This document shows, piece after piece, positions 1 through 8,432 of a DNA stretch of 64,000 nucleotides. The notes below the pieces were generated by a model. The model ran no database searches, was not told the DNA's origin, and saw nothing but the letters and a program-made list of their open reading frames with translations. The DNA comes from an uncultured Pseudomonadales bacterium (GTDB lineage: Bacteria > Patescibacteriota > Microgenomatia > UBA1400 > CAYXSR01), in NCBI GenBank assembly GCA_964430265.1, contig CAYSEI010000003.1:1070-65069 (forward strand), written 5' to 3'. Positions within the stretch are counted from its first letter, which is position 1; every line of letters begins with the position of its first letter. The translations under genes and the position numbers were made by a program.

Positions 1-159
1 GGCCGGGTTTAAATCTTTATTTACAACAATAACACTGTCCACATAAAGAAATATTTTCACTTGGTGTTTTTTGGCAATCGCCGCCTTGCTTAAATAATAT
101 AGTGTATCAATATCCTGATAAGTATAAGGCGGTTTGGTAACCATTAATCCTAACTTCAT
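1..159 (-). CDS. DsrE/DsrF/TusD-like sulfur-relay protein. Only the N-terminal 53 codons are present; the gene continues beyond the window start.
   Basis: Reverse-strand ATG at 159..157. Translation MKLGLMVTKPPYTYQDIDTLYYLSKAAIAKKHQVKIFLYVDSVIVVNKDLNPA is in frame to position 1. The pattern resembles the TusD/DsrE N-terminus, and the gene lies next to YeeE and TusA. Confidence 0.5.
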   Translation of the reverse strand, partial: MKLGLMVTKPPYTYQDIDTLYYLSKAAIAKKHQVKIFLYVDSVIVVNKDLNPA

Positions 160-165
160 AGTATA

Positions 166-1197
166 TTAAATTTCATTATTTCTAATAAATAAAAAGTAAG
201 CCATTGTCCAGTTGCCCAGAATTATAAAAATCCCAGCAACAAGACTAGAAACAGCTAGTTGAGGAACACCGCTTAAGATGTGTCCGATATTACAACCATT
301 AGCAATAACCGCACCCAATCCCATTAAAATTCCACCAAATAAAGATTGAACGGCAACTCTGGGTTTTGGATAACGAAACTTAAATTCTCCAGCAATTAAT
401 GAGCCAAAAAAAGCGCCCATTAACAAACCAATTACTTCAAATGATTCCCAAGTCAAAAAATTTTCTCCGTTTAAGATTGATTTTAGAATCGTTTCAAATC
501 CCATAGTAATGCCAAGCGGGTAATTCCTGCCCGAAAGCGCAGAAAAAACAAATGCTAAAATCCCGATCAATCCGATAACAAGTCCAGCTATTTGCCATTT
601 CCAGCCTTTCTTAAAGATAATTTTTATCAAGTTGCTGTGCTTATCTTTTTTATCAGAATTCTTTGTTTTGTTCCTTTTTTTTCCAAACAATAACCAAAAA
701 ATTATAAAGGAAAAAAAGCCGACCCAAATTATTTTCGGTACTCCGGTTATAGAATCTAAAGTTAATGGACCTAAATTAAAGTTTTGAATACCAGCAGTCA
801 ATCCCGATAAAATTCCGTCCTTAGCCAGAAAGGCAGCACCAACAAACCCGAATAAAGCCCACCAAGAACCTATCATTCCTTCCCCGACTCGATAAGCAGT
901 ACCGCTAGCACAACCCCCGGCTATTACCATCCCAAGACCGAAAATATAAGCGCCCAAGGGGACAGCAATCCAATAGAACGACTTTGGATTATATTCTATT
1001 AATCCAAAAGTGTTTAAAAGATAGAACCCAATCAATTCAACCGCAACAGCCAGACCAACAGCTTTAAGCAATGTAAAATCTTTAAACACAAGCGGATCGC
1101 GGAATGCAGAGTTCATACAAAATCGCCCTCGCTGCAAAGCAAATCCGAAAAGAATCCCCACAATTAATCCAGTAATTATAGTCAAAATATCTAACAT
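166..1197 (-). CDS. YeeE/YedE family inner-membrane sulfur (thiosulfate) transporter, TsuA-like
   Basis: 343 aa, multi-TM, with two internal repeats that each carry a conserved Cys motif (GGCASG and NGCNIG). A TusA-like gene lies directly upstream. Confidence 0.75.
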   Translation of the reverse strand: MLDILTIITGLIVGILFGFALQRGRFCMNSAFRDPLVFKDFTLLKAVGLAVAVELIGFYLLNTFGLIEYNPKSFYWIAVPLGAYIFGLGMVIAGGCASGTAYRVGEGMIGSWWALFGFVGAAFLAKDGILSGLTAGIQNFNLGPLTLDSITGVPKIIWVGFFSFIIFWLLFGKKRNKTKNSDKKDKHSNLIKIIFKKGWKWQIAGLVIGLIGILAFVFSALSGRNYPLGITMGFETILKSILNGENFLTWESFEVIGLLMGAFFGSLIAGEFKFRYPKPRVAVQSLFGGILMGLGAVIANGCNIGHILSGVPQLAVSSLVAGIFIILGNWTMAYFLFIRNNEI

Positions 1198-1201
1198 CTT
1201 T

Positions 1202-1459
1202 TTAACTTTTAACTTGAATTATTATACGATGATCCGGACCATCCTTTATCTTTTCCACTTTAAGCACTTTGTGCCCTTCTTTTTCTGAGTTACGAGGAAT
1301 CCTTTCTAAGGATAAGGGATAATCTGTTAAGACTTCTAACACCTCTTCAGGATTCATTTCCTTTAATTTTTTCCTGGTTTTAATATCCGGATATGGACAA
1401 ATCTCACCCCGGACATCAATACTTGCTGTTATTTTAACATCCTTATTTTCCTCTAACAT
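1202..1459 (-). CDS. tusA: TusA-like sulfurtransferase
   Basis: 85 aa with the CPxP active-site motif (GEICPYPDIK). Typical partner of YeeE. Confidence 0.75.
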   Translation of the reverse strand: MLEENKDVKITASIDVRGEICPYPDIKTRKKLKEMNPEEVLEVLTDYPLSLERIPRNSEKEGHKVLKVEKIKDGPDHRIIIQVKS

Positions 1460-1507
1460 ATAAACTTCCTTTCTCTGTTATAAATTTATTATAAAATAAA
1501 TTTGTAA

Positions 1508-2035
1508 TTACAATTTCGATACTGGATTGATACAGCCGTGTTCAAGACAATTTTCAATCTTAATTTCCATGTCCGCTTTCATACTTTCATTAAAACCAAC
1601 TATCGGATTTAAATCGCCAATAAATGTAGTCGGCACTCCTTGAGCTTGAATACCGTATGCCTCAGCCATTTCCTGAAATAACTGGACATTATCCTTATTC
1701 TTCCAGGTTTCATACATTTTTACTTCTAGATCCGAATATTTTTGTTCCATCTCTTCCAAGAAGGGTTTTTGGACTTCACAATGCGGACAACCGTCTCCCC
1801 AGAAAAAATAAACAACTGTTTTGCCTGAGCCATCAACTTCATCCTCAGTTGACTCAGATTTACCAAGAGTATCTGAGTCAGATTGATCAACTTTTTTTTC
1901 AGTTAACTTAACTGTAGATTGATTCGGATTATCTTGCTGGTGTTTTTCACCAGAAAAAAATAATAAACCAACTCCTAAAATTAGCAAAACTACCAAACCG
2001 GAATATATTACTTTTTTATTCATTTCACTTACCAC
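1508..2035 (-). CDS. Secreted, membrane-anchored thioredoxin-fold protein (CPHC)
   Basis: N-terminal hydrophobic anchor, then FFWGDGCPHCEVQKPF. Paralogous to the N-terminal domain of the ORF at 2428..4131. Confidence 0.7.
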   Translation of the reverse strand: MVSEMNKKVIYSGLVVLLILGVGLLFFSGEKHQQDNPNQSTVKLTEKKVDQSDSDTLGKSESTEDEVDGSGKTVVYFFWGDGCPHCEVQKPFLEEMEQKYSDLEVKMYETWKNKDNVQLFQEMAEAYGIQAQGVPTTFIGDLNPIVGFNESMKADMEIKIENCLEHGCINPVSKL

Positions 2036-2435
2036 CTTTTTGCATGCCTTGGCTGATCCATTCTTCAGCCTGGCTTGAATCTAATAATTCTTCAGTTTCC
2101 TCCGGTTTTTCCAGCTTTACTGTTGCAATCCAGCCTTTTTCATAAGGATCTTTATTAATCACTGTCGGATTATCAAACAGCTCCTCATGCACCTCAATAA
2201 CTTCTCCGGAAACAGGACTGGATAAATGCCCGCTCCACTTCAATGCCTCTAAAGTAACATAAGTATCACCCCTGCTTAACTTTTGTCCTTTTTTTGGCAG
2301 CTTAATAAACACAAATTCTTTCACTTTATCAGCCGCCGGCTTAATTACTCCCAAAGTGGCGGTTTCACCTTCAACTCTTACCCAGCAATAATCTTTGTTA
2401 TAAAGCAAATCATCTGGCAAGTTGTTTTCAGCCAT
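2025..2435 (-). CDS. gcvH: Glycine-cleavage H-protein-like lipoyl-carrier protein (orphan GcvH/LbpA-like)
   Basis: 136 aa. The lipoyl-lysine region LEALKWSGHLSSPVSGEV matches the GcvH ESVKAAS...PVSGEV core. No gcvT or gcvP is present in the window. Confidence 0.7.
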   Translation of the reverse strand: MAENNLPDDLLYNKDYCWVRVEGETATLGVIKPAADKVKEFVFIKLPKKGQKLSRGDTYVTLEALKWSGHLSSPVSGEVIEVHEELFDNPTVINKDPYEKGWIATVKLEKPEETEELLDSSQAEEWISQGMQKGGK

Positions 2436-4131
2436 TGTTTTCTCCTTCCTTTTTATCTTTTAAATTATCTTGATCCTTCTCATCTTCTTTTGTACCAATT
2501 TCTATACCGTATTTTGGCAGCACTTTGGTAAAAATAAAGTTTATAATTAATGCCGCAGCAATTGCTCCGCCAAAAACATAAAACATCCCGGAAATTCTAT
2601 TCATCAACTCCGGTTTTACTAACCAAACCCCGGATAAGGTCAGCATAATTATGCCTCCAATTAATTTAAGCATCCGCCCTTGAGTCTCTTCAAACTTACT
2701 TGCTTTAAGCGTAAACACAACCCCGGCAAAAACAACAAACTCATCAATAAAATATATCAACATATATAGGCCAAATAACAACGCGAAAAGGCTTTTTGAT
2801 ACACCTTGTTCAGCAAGTATGCTCGTCCAGATAACCGGGAAGCCAGCCGTACAAATCAACTCAACAAAAGTCACTCCAAAAGCCATAACTATTGTTGCCA
2901 GAATCATCGCAATGATTGATTCCTTTTTCATAATGCCCCTGATGTTTTTAAATATTTGCGGTTTAAATCTGTCAGGAATAGTAAAAGAAATACCCTTTTT
3001 ATACCAAAAATAATCCTTAATATTTACTGCTCCAAAAATAAAGGCAACTGTAGCTACTGCCAATTTAATCCAGTTCATATAACCGATTACCGTAAAGGTG
3101 TTAAAAAGTCCGAGGATAAACAAAGCATATACTAGCGTAGCAATACTAATAAAAGTAAGTCCGACCGCAAAGGTTTTTTTCCTGGAACCGGAATGAACAA
3201 CAATCCCCAATAGAAAAGTAATCACCCACAAAGAACAGGGGTTAAAACCGTCAACAAAGGCAACCAGCAAAGTCATGGCAAAAAGCGGCATATTAGAAAC
3301 ATTGACCTGACCGATTAAAGGAATATTAATTTTATACTCTTCCTCCGCAGTAACATCCCCGCTTTTAGGCAGAGACGGCGTGTAACCCTGTATATTTTTT
3401 GCCGGGCAAACACAATTTTCTTCCTGGCAAAGAACAATTTCACTTTCTAAATGGTCTCTTATTGCTGACTCACCGATAAAATAGCGTTCGCCAATAAAAA
3501 CAATCGGATAAGCACCACCGCCCACACCGTAGTTTTCCTTAAAATCCTCGTATAAACCCGCTTGCTTTTCAACATCATGACGATTGATATTAATATTGTA
3601 TTCTTTTTCTAAATTGCTTAAAAAGCCTTCAATATTTTGGCACTGGTTACAATCTTCCCGGTAAAAAAAGTGCAAACAAACGCTTTCTGCCTGTTCAGCA
3701 TTTTTTTTGTCACTAATACCTCCTGCTTTCTCACCCGGATCAATACAACCGTCTTCCAAACAACTAACAATTTTTTCTTCAATATCATCAGCCATGTTAT
3801 CAGAATAACCAACAATCGGAGCATAATTACCAATAAAAGTTGTTGGCACCCCACGGGCTTGAATGTCATAAGCAGCCGCTATTTTTTGAAATAATTTTTG
3901 ATTTTCCTGGTTATTCCAGGTTTCAAAGCTTTTTACCTCTAGCTCGGGATATTTATCCTCCATTTTTTCAAGAAAAGGTTTTTCCTCGGCACAATGCGGA
4001 CAGCCTTCACCCCAGAAAAAATAGACTGTAGTCGGCTCAGCCGCCCTAGCCACATTAGCTTTTAATACATTTAACCCTAGTATTAAAAAAATTAGACTGA
4101 CAATAAACAAAATTATTTTCTTTATATTCAT
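2428..4131 (-). CDS. Fusion protein: two N-terminal thioredoxin/glutaredoxin-like domains plus a C-terminal DsbD/CcdA transmembrane electron-transfer domain
   Basis: N-terminal anchor. Trx domain 1 carries CPHC. Domain 2 carries CNQC (FFYREDCNQCQNIEGF). The C-terminal multi-TM region carries the DsbD-beta/CcdA-type Cys (FVDGFNPCSLWV) and further TM helices. Confidence 0.75.
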   Translation of the reverse strand: MNIKKIILFIVSLIFLILGLNVLKANVARAAEPTTVYFFWGEGCPHCAEEKPFLEKMEDKYPELEVKSFETWNNQENQKLFQKIAAAYDIQARGVPTTFIGNYAPIVGYSDNMADDIEEKIVSCLEDGCIDPGEKAGGISDKKNAEQAESVCLHFFYREDCNQCQNIEGFLSNLEKEYNININRHDVEKQAGLYEDFKENYGVGGGAYPIVFIGERYFIGESAIRDHLESEIVLCQEENCVCPAKNIQGYTPSLPKSGDVTAEEEYKINIPLIGQVNVSNMPLFAMTLLVAFVDGFNPCSLWVITFLLGIVVHSGSRKKTFAVGLTFISIATLVYALFILGLFNTFTVIGYMNWIKLAVATVAFIFGAVNIKDYFWYKKGISFTIPDRFKPQIFKNIRGIMKKESIIAMILATIVMAFGVTFVELICTAGFPVIWTSILAEQGVSKSLFALLFGLYMLIYFIDEFVVFAGVVFTLKASKFEETQGRMLKLIGGIIMLTLSGVWLVKPELMNRISGMFYVFGGAIAAALIINFIFTKVLPKYGIEIGTKEDEKDQDNLKDKKEGENNG

Positions 4132-4793
4132 TTTATATACTTTCCTTTCATACCTTCTTTTAATAACAAAGCCAACCCTTCTGCATTTTTGTCACACTTA
4201 TCCGGACAATATATAGTCGGTCTTCTTGATAATTTAACTCTTTCACCATTATTCTCAAAAACATGAACAATACTTGCCTTGGTATAGTCGGTATTTTCCC
4301 AAGAAGTAATTACTATCCCTTTATCCAAATACTGATAAACATTATTAACCTGCTCAACATTTTCTATTGCAAAAGCATTTTTAACCGTTTCAATATCTAA
4401 ATCAGTAAAAATAGTGTAATCTTTTAATTGACCGCGGTAAACAATGCTTTCTTTATTGCTTAAAAAAGAATATCCGTCTTCTATTAAAATATACTCCATT
4501 TGCTGTTCAGTCGGTTTTAGTGTTCTCCCGGCCAAAATCATGTCTACTTTTTTGTTTTCTAAAAGAGCTAAACTCTCAGCAGTAGAACCAGTTTTAATAA
4601 TTTCATATTTTTCAGCATCAATTGTTTTAACCATTTCAAAACACGTCGGACAAGCAGCAATCTTTAATTTTTCCTTTTTCACAAACTGGCTGCTGTTAAC
4701 CTGCCCCGGCTTTTTTCCTTTTACAAAACTTAAACCTATTCCAGCAAAAACAGCTATTAAAACAGAGATAACAACTAATTTTTTGTTTATCAT
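4128..4793 (-). CDS. Hypothetical secreted or anchored protein with CxxC and CxxxC pairs
   Basis: 221 aa, N-terminal TM or signal sequence, CPTC near the N-terminus and CPDKC near the C-terminus. No family recognised. Embedded in the redox operon. Confidence 0.3.
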   Translation of the reverse strand: MINKKLVVISVLIAVFAGIGLSFVKGKKPGQVNSSQFVKKEKLKIAACPTCFEMVKTIDAEKYEIIKTGSTAESLALLENKKVDMILAGRTLKPTEQQMEYILIEDGYSFLSNKESIVYRGQLKDYTIFTDLDIETVKNAFAIENVEQVNNVYQYLDKGIVITSWENTDYTKASIVHVFENNGERVKLSRRPTIYCPDKCDKNAEGLALLLKEGMKGKYIK

Positions 4794-4800
4794 TTATATT

Positions 4801-5511
4801 TTAAAAAACCAACCTTAATAAAAACTGAGAATAATAAACACCTGTTACTAGAAAAATTATGGCGACTATTTTCCTGCTTACTTTTTCAATCTTCTGAACA
4901 ACAGCAAATGCCTGCCCTACCTTCTGCATAGAAAAAGCAATTATAAAAGAAAAAATTATTACCGGTAAACCTGTACCTAAAGCAAATATTGGAGGCAGCA
5001 AAAGTGCTTCTGTTGATTTAAGCACCATTGGGATAAGAACACCAAAAAACAATACACCGCTGTAAGGGCAAAATGCCAAAGCAAAAAGACTGCCTAATAA
5101 AAACGAACCCAAATAACCTTTAGTAGACAGTTTGCTTTTTAAATGCTCAATTTTTTTATTTTTAGTTTTTAAATTTAGTTTAATAACATCAAGCATAATT
5201 AAACCCAGAATAATTAAAACCGGCCCCAAAACCTTCTCCCCCCAGCCTTGAAATATTTTGGCTATTTGAAAGGAAGACAAACCAAAATATATTAAAGTTG
5301 CCAGAAGCGTATAGCTTAAACCCCTTCCCAAAGTATAAAAAACTCCGTTTAACAAAGTCTGCTTGGTTGATTTTAACTCTTTGGAAATATATGCAATTGC
5401 CGTAATATTGGTTGCCAAAGGACAAGGGCTGATTGAGGTAAGCACTCCTGTTAAAAAAGCAGTCAAAAGCGGAATGTTATAAGTATCAATCAAGTAGTTA
5501 ATAAACTGCAT
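4801..5511 (-). CDS. ccdA: CcdA-like cytochrome-c-biogenesis / DsbD-family thiol-disulfide transporter (transmembrane electron transfer)
   Basis: 236 aa, about 6 TM, with conserved Cys in TM1 (SISPCPLA) and TM4 (AFCPYSG). Confidence 0.7.
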   Translation of the reverse strand: MQFINYLIDTYNIPLLTAFLTGVLTSISPCPLATNITAIAYISKELKSTKQTLLNGVFYTLGRGLSYTLLATLIYFGLSSFQIAKIFQGWGEKVLGPVLIILGLIMLDVIKLNLKTKNKKIEHLKSKLSTKGYLGSFLLGSLFALAFCPYSGVLFFGVLIPMVLKSTEALLLPPIFALGTGLPVIIFSFIIAFSMQKVGQAFAVVQKIEKVSRKIVAIIFLVTGVYYSQFLLRLVF

Positions 5512-5512
5512 T

Positions 5513-6016
5513 TTATTTTCCCAATAGACTTCTTAATCTTGCTTCAAAATAATCAATAAATTGAGCTTCATTATTAACCAACCGCCACACTTTAACATCT
5601 TCACTAATATTATCTTGACCGTTCCTTATTGCATTAATAAATAAAGAGGATCCCCGGGCACGATATTTAGCAACTATTTCCTGATTCTCTTTTAACTCCC
5701 CATTGATATCTTTATAGATAATCTTGCCTGAAGCATATTCTTCCGGAAATTCTTCCTTAATGGTTTTTAACGCATATTCACCAACAGTTATACACGACCA
5801 GCATTGGTTTGTACCGTGAAAATGCACAATGACTATCTTATCCGCGGGCTGAGGCGTCGGGCTTGGAGAAACATGAGACGCTTTTTTACTTGAATTGCCT
5901 TCCCCTAGCACTTGATTATTACTTTGTGTTGTTCTATTACGGTATATTCCAAATCCAATTATTGCAATTACTACCACGGTAATAATTAAAGTTATTTTTT
6001 TATCCATATTCTCCAA
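5513..6016 (-). CDS. Membrane-anchored CxxC (CWSC) protein, possibly thioredoxin-fold
   Basis: N-terminal TM, Pro-rich linker, then VHFHGTNQCWSCITVGEY. Family not recognised. Confidence 0.35.
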   Translation of the reverse strand: MENMDKKITLIITVVVIAIIGFGIYRNRTTQSNNQVLGEGNSSKKASHVSPSPTPQPADKIVIVHFHGTNQCWSCITVGEYALKTIKEEFPEEYASGKIIYKDINGELKENQEIVAKYRARGSSLFINAIRNGQDNISEDVKVWRLVNNEAQFIDYFEARLRSLLGK

Positions 6017-6017
6017 A

Positions 6018-7175
6018 TTAAATTATTAACCCATACATAAATCCGGCAAGGGTTGTTAAAACCGTAATCGAAACTGCATAAACAAATGTCTTTTTTGTGC
6101 CAATAAGCTTACTGATTACCAAAAGCCCCTGAAGAGATAAAACCGGATCAGATAATAAATAAGCCATTAATGGTCCTTTATGCATACCCAATTCCATAAA
6201 ATTCTCTGCAATCGGTACTTCTACTAAAGCAGGAAAATAAGCAATTGCGCCAAACAAAACAGCAACAAAATTAGTTAAAATATTATTATTACTAGCTAAA
6301 GCCTGAAACTGTTTTTCAGGAATTATTTCAGTCAATGCTGAAGCAAAAAATACCCCGATTAAAAGCAAAGGAATAATTTGGGTAACAAATTTTATTGTTT
6401 CATTCCACCAAGCTTGTCTTCTTGAAGAGGAAAGCCAGCCAAAGGTCATTATTACCTGGATTAGAATCAAAGGCAGAACTAATCCATACCTTAAACCACT
6501 ACTAATCGGGGCAGTGCCGACTATTAAGATTGCTATCAATGTGCCCCAAAAAAAGCCTGTTTTCTTGCCTTGCAAGCGGTCCAAATCCTCTTTAATTATT
6601 TGTGTCTCTCCGTCTTCATGTCCATTGCCAAAAACAACCTCCATAATTATTCCGGTTAAAACTGCAAATGCTACTGAAAAAATAAACCGGATCAAGCTAA
6701 AACCCCAACCCAATCTCTGCCCGGTCAGAACTAAAGTAACAAGATTAAACGCCGGCCCGGCATAAAGAAGAGTAACCGCAACTCCCAAACCAGCACCCTT
6801 TTTCCAAATACCGGCAAAAAGGGGTAGAATCGTGCAAGAGCAAACTTGAACAAGAAAACCACTAGTAACAGCAATTACGTAAGCTAAGCCTTTTTTTGTT
6901 TTGCCGGATAAATATTTTAAAACCTGGCTGGAATCAACTAAACTATTAATTGCTCCAGCAATAAAGAAAGCCGGGATTAAACAAAAAAGAACATGTGCGG
7001 AAAGATAATCAACCAGCCCAAGCCAGCCTTGATAAACTGCCTGGCCAATTAACTCCTGAACTGTTTCTTGGGCAAGAAAACCGCCAATCTGATCCTGCCA
7101 CAGATAAATAATCAAATAGGCACCAGACAATAAGCCAATAACCCAGTTTTTTTTAATAATTTTAAATATTTTCAT
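6018..7175 (-). CDS. DUF318/ArsP-like permease
   Basis: 385 aa multi-TM with an intramembrane CSC motif (VQVCSCTILP). Genomic association with Thioredoxin_3 and ArsR genes. Confidence 0.6.
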   Translation of the reverse strand: MKIFKIIKKNWVIGLLSGAYLIIYLWQDQIGGFLAQETVQELIGQAVYQGWLGLVDYLSAHVLFCLIPAFFIAGAINSLVDSSQVLKYLSGKTKKGLAYVIAVTSGFLVQVCSCTILPLFAGIWKKGAGLGVAVTLLYAGPAFNLVTLVLTGQRLGWGFSLIRFIFSVAFAVLTGIIMEVVFGNGHEDGETQIIKEDLDRLQGKKTGFFWGTLIAILIVGTAPISSGLRYGLVLPLILIQVIMTFGWLSSSRRQAWWNETIKFVTQIIPLLLIGVFFASALTEIIPEKQFQALASNNNILTNFVAVLFGAIAYFPALVEVPIAENFMELGMHKGPLMAYLLSDPVLSLQGLLVISKLIGTKKTFVYAVSITVLTTLAGFMYGLII

Positions 7176-7178
7176 AAT

Positions 7179-7430
7179 TTATTCTTCGTTCTCAGTAATC
7201 AACTTTTTAATTTTTTCAACATCATTAACTAGACCAGTTAAAACCGGCTCATCATCAATAGTTAAAACCGGGCTGGACATTACACCCAATTCCATAATTT
7301 TCTGAATGCCTTCCTGACCGGAAACATATTCAACCTTCTGGTCTATTTGTATTTCTTCAACCGCTTTTTTTGTTAGCTCAAACAGCTTTTTACAAGTAGG
7401 GCATCCCGAACCTAAGATTTGGATTTTCAT
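7179..7430 (-). CDS. Thioredoxin_3 family small redox-active disulfide protein (redox-active disulfide protein 2)
   Basis: 83 aa, MKIQILGSGCPTCKKL with CxxC near the N-terminus. Typical partner of the DUF318 permease. Confidence 0.7.
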   Translation of the reverse strand: MKIQILGSGCPTCKKLFELTKKAVEEIQIDQKVEYVSGQEGIQKIMELGVMSSPVLTIDDEPVLTGLVNDVEKIKKLITENEE

Positions 7431-7750
7431 TTTTCCTCCTTTAATAAATTAAAAATTAAATCACTAACTTGTTTTCCCTTTGGGGTTAGAAAATAATATT
7501 TGCGTCTTCCTTCACGACGGCTGTCAACCAATTTTTCTTGCTTCAAGTCACTTAAATGATGGGAGGTTAAACTCTGGCTCATGTCAAAATAATCTTTCAT
7601 TTCACAGACACAGCATTCCCCCTGCCTTAAAACACAAATTAATTTTAGCCTGCTTTTCTCACTTAAGAGTTTTAATAAAGCAGAGATATCTTCAATTTTC
7701 TCTGCTTCTTTTTTTTCTGGTTGGCAACATTTATATGAACGCACATTCAT
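7427..7750 (-). CDS. ArsR/SmtB-family metalloregulatory transcriptional repressor
   Basis: 107 aa. Metal/metalloid-binding Cys cluster (ECCVCEM) precedes a helix-turn-helix region. First gene of the minus-strand operon. Confidence 0.7.
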   Translation of the reverse strand: MNVRSYKCCQPEKKEAEKIEDISALLKLLSEKSRLKLICVLRQGECCVCEMKDYFDMSQSLTSHHLSDLKQEKLVDSRREGRRKYYFLTPKGKQVSDLIFNLLKEEK

Positions 7751-7996
7751 ATATTACAACTTGCTATTTTGTTTGTCAAACAACTGTTTAGGCGTTTTGT
7801 AACTATTTCATTTTTTGCAGAAAACTTTTTTCTAGCGATTGTATATATTTCCTGTACCTATAGAAGTAACAATTAATAAATTAGATTAAATATTTATTAT
7901 TTTAACTATATTTTTTTATAAATTTTTACAAAATAACAACTTATATATATTACTATCTGATTATCTTACGAAAGGAGTCTCGCACTTTTAAATTTC

Positions 7997-8371
7997 CTAC
8001 TTTTGCTTTTCTTTTAAAATATCTTTTAATTCTGCTATTTCCTTTTCTAGATCCTTTAGTTTTTTTGCAACTGAAAGATCGATTTTGTAGTCTTTGATTG
8101 CCCGCTGGCGGTCGCTTTCCTGCTCAATTTTAGTACGGATAAGAATGAGGATTGACAGAATAATTGCTTCCAAAGAAACCCAAAAAGTCAATAAATCATA
8201 ATACAGTCCTATCAACAACCAGAATGCAAAAAAAAGAAGGTGTAAAACCAAAAAAGTCCAGGAACTAAAAAAATTAATTAAATGATTTCCAAATTTTTCT
8301 AAGGGAGTATTTTTTATTTGCTTGCTAAATTCGTCTTCCTTAGGAAGAATTGGTTTTTGTTTGTTATTCAT
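7997..8371 (-). CDS. DUF1003-like small membrane protein
   Basis: 124 aa with two TM helices followed by a charged coiled-coil tail. Confidence 0.4.
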   Translation of the reverse strand: MNNKQKPILPKEDEFSKQIKNTPLEKFGNHLINFFSSWTFLVLHLLFFAFWLLIGLYYDLLTFWVSLEAIILSILILIRTKIEQESDRQRAIKDYKIDLSVAKKLKDLEKEIAELKDILKEKQK

Positions 8372-8432
8372 TTATATACATTTTAAATTATTCTTTTTTC
8401 TTTTACAAACTCTTGATATAATCATGGTTGTT

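Noticed and set aside
1657-1911. 84-aa ORF on the plus strand
   Set aside because: Lies entirely inside the minus-strand thioredoxin gene 1508..2035. It has no motif and a low-complexity translation. It is a spurious antisense ORF.
2283-4031. Several 60-85-aa antisense ORFs (2283..2531, 2819..3013, 3637..3894, 3840..4031, and 3618..3869 on the minus strand in another frame)
   Set aside because: All are nested within the well-supported Trx-Trx-DsbD gene. AT-rich DNA generates long open antisense frames by chance.
4128-4793. The 221-aa secreted protein as an ABC substrate-binding protein
   Set aside because: There is only a vague resemblance to a periplasmic binding-protein segment. No ABC permease or ATPase genes are nearby. 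It was left as hypothetical.
7751-7996. Imperfect palindrome AAACAACTGTTT at about 7779-7790 upstream of arsR, as the ArsR operator
   Set aside because: Only 5 of 6 positions match per half-site, in a very AT-rich region. It could be chance. It is mentioned only as a candidate, not called as a feature.
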